A stretch of 64,000 bases of DNA from positions 5,216,001 to 5,280,000 of the forward strand of contig OZ241917.1 of NCBI GenBank assembly GCA_965203805.1, written 5' to 3'. Positions within the stretch are counted from its first letter, which is position 1. The number at the start of each line of letters is the position of its first letter. Below the pieces are notes generated by a model. The model saw nothing but the letters and a program-made list of their open reading frames with translations. It ran no database searches and was not told the origin of the DNA. Positions 38,747 through 46,435 of this stretch are shown one piece after another. The DNA comes from Candidatus Latescibacterota bacterium. GTDB taxonomy: Bacteria; Latescibacterota; UBA2968; GCA-2709665. A program made the position numbers and the translations under genes.

Positions 38747-41128
38747 ATGATCAGTAATGATCGATTTCTAGACTTGGTTAGCACTCGCCTTGGGCGCGAC
38801 TTAAGGAATCCAGAAAACACCGCTCAATTCAACGCCGTAAACCACGCAGACAATCGCATTCTGCAAATCGTCGCTGGTCCCGGTTCGGGAAAGACCACGG
38901 TGCTTGTGCTCCGTGCTTTACGTTGCGTCTTTGTCCACGGCATTTTACCTGAAAATATACTGATAACTACATTTACTCGAAAGGCCGCTCGCGAATTACG
39001 CACACGTTGGCTGGACTGGGGGACGGTCATTTGTACAGAACTTGAGAAAGACTCTGGAGTAGACCTTGACCAAATTGACCTCAATCGATCCAGAATCGAC
39101 ACATTAGATAGCATTATTCAGCAGGTATTAACAGAATACCGATTGCCGGGAACTCTTGTGCCAACAGTCGTAGAGACTTCCGCAAGTAACCTTATTCTGA
39201 AAAGATCCGCGTTCAGAGAGTTGTACGAGCAAGACCGTGAGACATTTGACGGCCTTCTAAGTCGATATACGTTTAGCAGTCAGAATCCCCGCAATCGTGG
39301 AGAAGCTCTAAGAGTAGCCAAACGGTTGCTTGACCGTCTGGTTCAGGATCGTGTGGATTTGAATAGGTACGCACGATCCGGAACAGCCGAGAGATTGATA
39401 GTTGAGATGTTGGAACGCTTTCGTAAGCACGCAACAGAAACAAACGTGTTTGACTTTACGATTTTAGCAGAACAGTTTCTTGAACGCATGTCATGTGGAT
39501 CCCTTGACACCTGGCTTAATGCTGTAAGGGTAGTCTTGGTTGATGAATATCAAGACACAAATCCTCTCCAAGAAGCGGTTTATTTCGAGATTATCCGACG
39601 AGCCGATCCGTCTACAACGATAGTGGGTGACGATGACCAGTCCATGTACCGGTTTCGGGGTGGATCAGTCGAGCTCTTTACGGACTTCGCAGAACGTTGC
39701 CAGCAAGTAACTGGCCGAACGACTAGACGTGTTAACATGATTAGGAATTTCCGATCTAGACCGGAAATTGTGCAGTTCTATAACGACTACATTACAGGCG
39801 ACCCAGACTTCTCATCGGCTAGAATAATCCCGCCGAAGCCTTTAGTGGAAGCGACAAAAACGACGGGACGAATTCCCGTTCTAGGTATGTTTAGGGCCGA
39901 TCAAGAAATTCTCGCAAAAGACCTTGCAGGTTTTTTGCATCGCTTGGTTGACCAACGGAGGGTGCCTGTCATCGAAGCAGGTCAGGAAATTCGACTGTCA
40001 CCGGACGGCGCTTTGGGCGACGCAGTGTTTCTCGCGCACTCTGTTGAAGAGGAGAGTTACAGCCAATATAACCAATCACCACAAGAGCGATTTCCAGGCA
40101 TATTACGAAGTGAACTGGAATCCAAGAGTCTGCAAGTTTTCAATCCGCGCGGGCAAGCCTTACGAACCATACCAGATGTAAGCGTCCTTTTGGGTCTAAT
40201 CCTCTTGGCAATCGACCCAGACAATAGCATCATCGATGACGTGATGCCTACGAATGAGGCGAGATATTTCCTTGAGGAATGGAGCCGTCTAGCTCAAGAG
40301 TTTGTTTATTCGAACCCACCGCCAAATAACGGCAACGCACTTCGAGGATTCCTCGATGACTGGCAACGTGCGGCTTCGGGGCAGATTTCAGAAGCCTTTC
40401 CTCAATACTGGCCAATTCTTGAGCTTGTATACAAGCTTCTATCCTGGATACCTGGTTTTCAAAGCGAACCCGAACACCAAGTATGGCTGGAGGCTTTCAT
40501 GCGCATCATTTCCAGCGCGAGTATGGCATCGCCCTACGGTATGCAACTTCTCCAGAATACTTTCAGTGTTAATCACGGAAATCATGTGCGGCGCAGCAGG
40601 GAAAGTCTTGTCAGAGATGTTCTATTGTCCATCGCAGAGGACGAGGTTGACGTAGATGAGGACATTATCCCAAGTGTTCCCCGTGACAGGTTGCAATTCA
40701 TGACGATTCACCAAGCCAAGGGTTTGGAATTCCCCCTCGTTATCGTTGATGTTGGAAGTCGATTCAAGTCCAATCACCATACTCAGCGGTTCTTGAGATT
40801 TCCAGACCAACTGTCAAACGTCGCGCAAGCCGAGGATGACGTTGAAACGCATCTGAGCGCTCCGCTGCGCAGAAACCGTGGAGCGTTGGACCGTACGTTT
40901 GACGACTTAGTTCGACTCTACTATGTCGCATATAGCCGCCCTCAGTCCGTGCTGATGCTTGTTGGAAACGAAAGCTGCCTAAGGTATGGAACTGGAACAG
41001 ACTATTCAAGAAGGTCAATTCCCAATATCGCCCTGGGCTGGCGACGAGATAGGAGTTGGCCGTGGAGACAGACTTACGGTGGGGGCCGACCTCCTGTAAA
41101 GGTAGAACCGCCATTCTTGGAGATATAA
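38747..41128 (+). CDS. UvrD/Rep-type superfamily 1 helicase
   Basis: AGPGSGKTT, TFTRKAA, VDEYQD, VGDDDQSMYRFRG, NFRS, TIHQAKGLEF, YVAYSR. Confidence 0.95.
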   Translation: MISNDRFLDLVSTRLGRDLRNPENTAQFNAVNHADNRILQIVAGPGSGKTTVLVLRALRCVFVHGILPENILITTFTRKAARELRTRWLDWGTVICTELEKDSGVDLDQIDLNRSRIDTLDSIIQQVLTEYRLPGTLVPTVVETSASNLILKRSAFRELYEQDRETFDGLLSRYTFSSQNPRNRGEALRVAKRLLDRLVQDRVDLNRYARSGTAERLIVEMLERFRKHATETNVFDFTILAEQFLERMSCGSLDTWLNAVRVVLVDEYQDTNPLQEAVYFEIIRRADPSTTIVGDDDQSMYRFRGGSVELFTDFAERCQQVTGRTTRRVNMIRNFRSRPEIVQFYNDYITGDPDFSSARIIPPKPLVEATKTTGRIPVLGMFRADQEILAKDLAGFLHRLVDQRRVPVIEAGQEIRLSPDGALGDAVFLAHSVEEESYSQYNQSPQERFPGILRSELESKSLQVFNPRGQALRTIPDVSVLLGLILLAIDPDNSIIDDVMPTNEARYFLEEWSRLAQEFVYSNPPPNNGNALRGFLDDWQRAASGQISEAFPQYWPILELVYKLLSWIPGFQSEPEHQVWLEAFMRIISSASMASPYGMQLLQNTFSVNHGNHVRRSRESLVRDVLLSIAEDEVDVDEDIIPSVPRDRLQFMTIHQAKGLEFPLVIVDVGSRFKSNHHTQRFLRFPDQLSNVAQAEDDVETHLSAPLRRNRGALDRTFDDLVRLYYVAYSRPQSVLMLVGNESCLRYGTGTDYSRRSIPNIALGWRRDRSWPWRQTYGGGRPPVKVEPPFLEI

Positions 41129-41129
41129 C

Positions 41130-42311
41130 ATGGAACTTGAGGTCGAACGACCAGAGCATATTGTTCCATCATATTCGCTCACGGGCGACTTGCTATCATA
41201 CTTACGCTGTCGGCTACAGTATCGCTACCACAATGGTAGTGCGTTGCCTCCGTCGCGGCCAATTCAACTCTGGTTTGGTGAGTTTCTGCACGGCACCCTG
41301 GAAATGTCATATCGATTTTGGGACGAGTTGCGACGAAGCGGACAGGAACCTCCAAATTTTCCGTGGCAATGCACTAAACGGGAATGGCGGGAAGACCAAC
41401 CAAAATGGGAGGACCACGATATAGGGAGATTTGCCGACTCAGTGGAGAATGCTCTTCGGCAGCAAGGAAAACAAGCTCGAAGTGCCGACGCTCGTGACTC
41501 GGCCTACCGTCGCGTCGAGGTGGCGGTGAATGCCTTGGGACCTCACCTGTTTCCGCTTATCGCTTCTACGGAAAGCAGGGTTATCGGAACAAGACCTGTG
41601 CCGTCCCAAGGGCGAAATCTTCGTTGCGACAACTATGAAGTACACGGCATTATTGACGTTTTGACACACGTAACTCTTTCGGAAGCCACTGAAGACAATC
41701 TTATTCGTCAGTGTGTATTGCAAGCATGTCCAGACCTCCCGGAAACTTTCGAAGTAATAGTTGACTATAAAGGAGCGAGACGACCTTTGATAGAAGAAGC
41801 CTATTGGGAACAAGGAGATTGGCAGATTCAAACATACGCCTGGCTCAGAGAACGACAGCCAGACGCATTCCCAGTTGTTGCAGGAATTCTGATTTACATT
41901 AACGAGTTGTCGCCAGGCGGAGCGGAGATGCAAGCCATCAGGCGCGGCGTAGCCAATGCCTTGACTGACGTCGTCCCCGAGCCAAGCTCTAGAGATGCGC
42001 AGATTGTCAGAATGTGGCGCGAGGGTATGGGCACAGACCAATTATCACTCGATTTCCGACTACGCAGAGCCATCCGAATAATTCCGATATCTCACGGTAG
42101 TATTACGAGTGCACTCTCGTCATTTGATGATGTTGTTCGTCGAGCAGAAGAGGATGTAATTGAAGAAGCGACAGGACGTGACATCCTTCAGGCTTGGGCT
42201 CCGAACTGCGAGGATGAAGCAACATGCGTAGCGTGTGATTTTCGTCACTTCTGCCCGAGCCCTGCTGGCGCGCCGCAGGATTACCGGATCAAAGCGCCGA
42301 GTGCGCCTTAA
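41130..42311 (+). CDS. PD-(D/E)XK RecB/Cas4/AddB-type nuclease with predicted Fe-S staple
   Basis: GIID...IVDYKG, QIQTY (QxxxY); N-terminal Cys (YLRC) plus C-terminal CVACDFRHFC (CxxCx5C); starts 1 bp after the helicase stop. Confidence 0.88.
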   Translation: MELEVERPEHIVPSYSLTGDLLSYLRCRLQYRYHNGSALPPSRPIQLWFGEFLHGTLEMSYRFWDELRRSGQEPPNFPWQCTKREWREDQPKWEDHDIGRFADSVENALRQQGKQARSADARDSAYRRVEVAVNALGPHLFPLIASTESRVIGTRPVPSQGRNLRCDNYEVHGIIDVLTHVTLSEATEDNLIRQCVLQACPDLPETFEVIVDYKGARRPLIEEAYWEQGDWQIQTYAWLRERQPDAFPVVAGILIYINELSPGGAEMQAIRRGVANALTDVVPEPSSRDAQIVRMWREGMGTDQLSLDFRLRRAIRIIPISHGSITSALSSFDDVVRRAEEDVIEEATGRDILQAWAPNCEDEATCVACDFRHFCPSPAGAPQDYRIKAPSAP

Positions 42312-42511
42312 TCTACGCAGTTATTCTGGTGTATATTCATACCGCCTGGGCGTCGTTGTGAAGATGTCACCTAATGAGATGATTGAGTCCGCAAATATTT
42401 ATGCAAAGGGCATCAAGCGATCAAGGTCATCGTCCATACGGCGAAATGTGATGCGCGCCTACTCACTCACAGATCAAAAATGAGCACACTTCGAGATAGA
42501 GGACGTTCTCG

Positions 42512-42835
42512 ATGCCCATAGACGACCGTTACGTTAAGAACCTGCCGGACATCTACCGCGACGTTCTTGAGACGTATCCCCAGTTCAATTCGACGCGTAT
42601 TGCCGGTGACGGTCTGGCTTACCAAACGCTGTATTCGGCATTGGCGGATGAAGAGAAGGGATACAAGTTGGGCCAGATAATCCGGGCGTGTGAGAACATG
42701 GCGGAGGTCGGTCTAATGCAGATCAAACATAAGATTTTCGCTTGCCCGACACCTCTTGGGGAAGAGTTGATTACGGCAATAACGGGCCAAACCGTGCCTG
42801 TGTCCGATGTTCCCCCTATCGAGCCACCGACGTAG
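42512..42835 (+). CDS. Hypothetical protein, possibly winged-helix
   Basis: RBS GAGGA; pattern IIRACENMAEVGLM...PTPLGEEL resembles a wHTH wing. Confidence 0.6.
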   Translation: MPIDDRYVKNLPDIYRDVLETYPQFNSTRIAGDGLAYQTLYSALADEEKGYKLGQIIRACENMAEVGLMQIKHKIFACPTPLGEELITAITGQTVPVSDVPPIEPPT

Positions 42836-43024
42836 GTCGCGATTTGCACAGGGTAAGGCAGTTGTTTCAGTTGTTCAGATCGTGCGATGACATTGTCTGA
42901 GACCGCCAACCCAACATGAGACGTCCCATGGCCAAACAGACAACAAAGCCTAAACGTTCCGACCGTGAACAAGAACATGCCACCATGCTAAAAGACGCGC
43001 TTACCCGCCCAGGAGTCCGTGAAG
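42827..43024 (+). repeat. 198-bp imperfect direct repeat, copy 1 (with truncated ORF 42916-43032)
   Basis: Colinear with 44025-44222 at offset 1198; identical core CCAACATGAGACGTCCCATGGCCAAACAGACAACAAAGCCTAAACGTTCCGACCGTGA. Confidence 0.9.
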
Positions 43025-43053
43025 GGGGTTGAGACTCTGTTATTGGGGATTGT

Positions 43054-43260
43054 ATGGAAAGGCCGGAGGTTGTTCGTGTGCTGGAAAGGTATTCGGGAGG
43101 AGCAGAAATCGGTACGAATGCGGAAAAAATGGGACTGACTGAGCGCCAGGCCCGTGCCCGTATCGGCGCTGCCCGACGCTACGGGTGGAATATCAAAAAT
43201 ACGGGGCTGCGGATGTTTCAGTTGTTTGATGGGGAATACAAGGGACGCTACGGTGGGTGA
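43054..43260 (+). CDS. Small HTH-like protein
   Basis: 68 aa; AEKMGLTERQARARI resembles a helix-turn-helix; RBS GGGGA. Confidence 0.5.
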   Translation: MERPEVVRVLERYSGGAEIGTNAEKMGLTERQARARIGAARRYGWNIKNTGLRMFQLFDGEYKGRYGG

Positions 43261-43346
43261 AAAGCCGGGGAGAAAAGCGGTGGAGGATTTCTGGGCGTCT
43301 AATCTGGCTTCGATTTTGGCGAAGGATCGAAAAAGGAGAGGATAAT

Positions 43347-43562
43347 ATGGGTGTTGTCAATCTTGTTATGGGGATGATTCACCGTGTTCGGCTGGGCGAG
43401 CGTCCTGAAGACGTGGAAGAGGAGCAGGACGAAGATCCGTTTTTGGCGCGCTCGTTACAGATAGATGAGGATATCCGCACGGGAAAGAACCGGATGCTGA
43501 CGGCTGAGGAAACGCGTCGGTTTTTCGACAGAGTTAAGAGGCGTAGCGGTGGAAATGGATGA
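43347..43562 (+). CDS. Putative antitoxin
   Basis: RBS AGGAG; acidic patch then DIRTGK...LTAEE; overlaps downstream RelE-like gene. Confidence 0.5.
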   Translation: MGVVNLVMGMIHRVRLGERPEDVEEEQDEDPFLARSLQIDEDIRTGKNRMLTAEETRRFFDRVKRRSGGNG

Positions 43563-43929
43563 GGCGCACCGTCGTCAACGAACAAGAAAAGCGAGGCGTT
43601 CAGGGGCGGAATCGAAATCATCGGAACCGGAAGAACAGCAGGTTTTAATTTCTGCTTCTGTTGCCAAGTTTATAGACGGTTTGCAGGAAAACGTCCAGAA
43701 CGCGGCTTCGGACAGGATCAAAGCTCTTGGCAATCCGGCAAACATAAGGGGATCAACAAAGATCAGGGGGCGGCCCCGGAACGATCCGATGTTCAGGATT
43801 GAAACTGGGAATTACCGGGTATTTTACAAGAGGATTGGTGGGAAGGTTCATGTGGTAGAGATGGAACATCGGCAGGGTGCGTATGGTAAGGGGAAGCAAA
43901 GGGGACGACGAAAGTCAAGAAGTCGATAG
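43549..43929 (+). CDS. RelE/ParE-family toxin
   Basis: KFIDGL...IKAL...KIRG...FRIETGNYRVFY...VVEMEHRQGAY. Confidence 0.78.
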   Translation: MEMDEAHRRQRTRKARRSGAESKSSEPEEQQVLISASVAKFIDGLQENVQNAASDRIKALGNPANIRGSTKIRGRPRNDPMFRIETGNYRVFYKRIGGKVHVVEMEHRQGAYGKGKQRGRRKSRSR

Positions 43930-44024
43930 TTGGGACTTTTGACGCGAAGAAAGAGGGGATTCGTATGGGTTCTGAAACTGTAAGGAACATGCCGGTCGTA
44001 GAGGTTGCTGCAAGTGGGTATCAG

Positions 44025-44222
44025 CCGACGAAGGTTGCGATTTGCACAGGGTAAGGCGATTGACACAGTTGTTCAGATCGTGCGATGGCATTACCAGACA
44101 CCGCTAACCCAACATGAGACGTCCCATGGCCAAACAGACAACAAAGCCTAAACGTTCCGACCGTGAGCGAAATCATGCCGCCATGTTAAGAGAGGCCATA
44201 GCCCGTCCAGGTGTCCGTGAAG
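44025..44222 (+). repeat. 198-bp imperfect direct repeat, copy 2
   Basis: See copy 1; here the embedded ORF continues to 44365. Confidence 0.9.
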
Positions 44223-44365
44223 TGATGCAGTTTTACCAGATCTTTCAGGCAATAGATAAGGGGCTTTATCCGTACCGTCAGGCAACGAAAATTCCAGAAA
44301 TAGTGAAATCGACGGATCACTCTTATGTGGGTAAACCTGTCCGGACAGGTCTGCAAGACGCCTGA
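44114..44365 (+). CDS. Hypothetical protein
   Basis: First 36 codons conserved in the upstream repeat copy with conservative substitutions (MLREAIARPGVRE vs MLKDALTRPGVRE), suggesting coding origin. Confidence 0.55.
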   Translation: MRRPMAKQTTKPKRSDRERNHAAMLREAIARPGVREVMQFYQIFQAIDKGLYPYRQATKIPEIVKSTDHSYVGKPVRTGLQDA

Positions 44366-44843
44366 TGACCCTCGGTTTCTTGATCAGGAAAGTACCCACT
44401 CGATATTTAAGGGTATGCGAGAAATACTTGAACCGAGCGACGAAATTCATTTCAGTGGAAATTCGTCATGAAATGTAAATGAAAATGATCAGAGACTGCC
44501 CAATCAGCCTCGGATCGAACCAGGCATTACTCCCGAGGAGGATTCCACCATGGATAACCCAAAAGCAACACCTGGTTAATATATACCGAAGTATAAGGCG
44601 CCAGCTCTCGAGACAAGTATTAGAGAAATTTTCCCATTATTGCCGCCGCTCCTACCAGCCAGGAAAAAAGCTCAAATTGAATCTATACTGTTTGAATTGG
44701 CCAGGGTGAGAGAGGAATAATTACCATATCAATAAATCGACACAAGACACGGCCCAGGGCAGGTGATGTGCGCTGGGCCGTTGTGTATTTGGTTGTCTCT
44801 CGTGACTATCGTTGTAGAGCGGCTGCCCTAACAACCGCTCTTT

Positions 44844-45161
44844 CTATTTATACCGTTGCCTTATTTCATCCATTCTAGGATGATTCCCAGCACCCAAAAT
44901 GATAGCGCGACGTTTTTTATTATCTAATTTCATAACAAAAGCAACGCGCTCGTTCCCATTTAAACGATACTTAATTACTTGGTTCTGCCGGGATATGTTT
45001 TTACCTCCTGCTGGAATTTTTCCTACTCGAAGCTCTTGTAGAAATCGACAATACTGAATTTGCGCCTGTTCCGTTAATTTCGCGATATCTCTCTTTGCAC
45101 TGTTATCAGCTAAATAAATCTCATCGGCTTTTGGTAGAAATGGGGTTTCGCCATCAACCAT
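44844..45161 (-). CDS. RelE/ParE-superfamily toxin-like protein (paralogue of 31125-31427)
   Basis: RDIAKL...GKNIS...KYRLNGNERVAF...ILGAGNH-x2-MDE. Confidence 0.7.
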   Translation of the reverse strand: MVDGETPFLPKADEIYLADNSAKRDIAKLTEQAQIQYCRFLQELRVGKIPAGGKNISRQNQVIKYRLNGNERVAFVMKLDNKKRRAIILGAGNHPRMDEIRQRYK

Positions 45162-45180
45162 CGCCTTGCCCCCTCGAAAA

Positions 45181-45660
45181 CTATTCTACCAATATAAATT
45201 GTGATGCATCTAAATTATCAGCTTTATGCAAAATCGACAAATTCCAACTGATTTCCTGTAAAATAGTAATAAATACTAAGAGTCGATCATCCACTTTCTT
45301 AAATGGTTCATATAGTATTGGACTATATTGTTTTGCCAATTCACCCAAGCGAATCCAATCCGAACTTCGTAATGAATGACTCAACTGGTCTAAGGCTTTA
45401 ATACTTCGTTCAACATTACCTCCTAAGCACAGATTAATATAATCTTGTGGATTTTGTTCCAATTCCAATAAATCCTTAGACCATTCACTAATAGCGATAT
45501 TTACCACTTCATCCACTGCTTTCAATGCATTACGTGCTTGTTCTTCACCTTCAACAATAGCCGGTCCACTATTGAGTCTTATTACATGCTGGGAGGCCAA
45601 ATGATCAATGTGTGTCCCCATATGCCTTGCACGCGGAATTTCCATTACAGTTGCACCCAT
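45181..45660 (-). CDS. Hypothetical helical protein, putative antitoxin (paralogue of 30631-31122)
   Basis: MGATVM, LEQNPQDY, YEPFKKVD, EISWNL; RBS AAGGA. Confidence 0.7.
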   Translation of the reverse strand: MGATVMEIPRARHMGTHIDHLASQHVIRLNSGPAIVEGEEQARNALKAVDEVVNIAISEWSKDLLELEQNPQDYINLCLGGNVERSIKALDQLSHSLRSSDWIRLGELAKQYSPILYEPFKKVDDRLLVFITILQEISWNLSILHKADNLDASQFILVE

Positions 45661-45683
45661 AACCGTATCCTTATAGAGATAAA

Positions 45684-46007
45684 TTATGGCGAACCCATCA
45701 ACAATACGGATTCAGTTTCACACATCGAAGATTCAGTTACAACTAAGACAATATATTTCCAATCGTTATTCTCTGATTCTTCATTAGCGGTAGGGAAAAA
45801 ATAACGATTCTCTACTTTATATATCGTTCGATTTTGTGGTTCACGGCGATCCAAACCAGATGAAACCCAAGGGTTGACAATATGATCTCCAATTTTCGGT
45901 ATATCACCCAAGTCAGATAAGCTATACTCCTCGACTAAATCGACTAATTTCTCATCTATATACATATGTAGTCGAAATAGTATCTCTTTTTCTCTGAATT
46001 TCTCCAA
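45684..46007 (-). CDS. Hypothetical protein
   Basis: 107-aa ORF in AT-rich DNA, TTG start with AAGGGA/AAGG upstream, co-oriented with TA-like pair 2. Confidence 0.6.
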   Translation of the reverse strand: MEKFREKEILFRLHMYIDEKLVDLVEEYSLSDLGDIPKIGDHIVNPWVSSGLDRREPQNRTIYKVENRYFFPTANEESENNDWKYIVLVVTESSMCETESVLLMGSP

Positions 46008-46152
46008 ACCTTGTCCCTTAATTTTAAAATAAGCCTCATTAAAACAATAGACGAAATAAATATAACTAGGCGAAATTATCGACGCAATCCCTTTTTGGGC
46101 TTAATCATACTTTGCAAATACGCCCACCACAAATACCCATCCTCCCAACACG

Positions 46153-46327
46153 ATGAAGAGAACGTTGACCATCGAATACGGCGATGACACCTTCCATCTG
46201 ACCGAGGAAGACCTCCAACGGGACCTGGCCAGTGCCCGACGTCATTTGTAATACGTCCCCACTCCAGTACCTGCACCAGGCTGACGTGTTGGCACGTCGC
46301 CGCCAATTCAAAGAGCCGCCCATTTAA
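46153..46327 (+). pseudogene. Collapsed UPF0175 antitoxin + DUF3368 (PIN) toxin pair
   Basis: 46153-46251 MKRTLTIEYGDD|TFHLTEEDLQRDLASA (ends joined, middle missing). 46232-46327 VPDVICNTSPLQYLHQADVL then loses similarity. Confidence 0.65.
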
Positions 46328-46435
46328 ATCGTGGACGGCTTGCTTATTGACGTATTTCGCAACTGTGGATTTTCTCGTCGCCTATTCCTCGTCGATTTGT
46401 CCCTCCTTTTTCAGTTAGGTTGGCAACTTCGCGCC

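Larger units (their letters stand above)
29717..46330. mobile_element. Lower-GC defence/accessory island (no mobility gene seen)
   Basis: Visible drop in GC from about 30.4 kb, strongest at 44.4-46.1 kb; dense RM, Dpd-like, TA and relic genes between infA and the gluconolactonase gene. Boundaries approximate. Confidence 0.7.

Noticed and set aside
41130-42311. CRISPR-associated Cas4
   Set aside because: No array, cas1 or cas2 in the window; coupling is to a UvrD helicase.
42827-44222. Integron attC sites
   Set aside because: The repeats lack the RYYYAAC...GTTRRRY bounded palindromic structure, and no intI is present.
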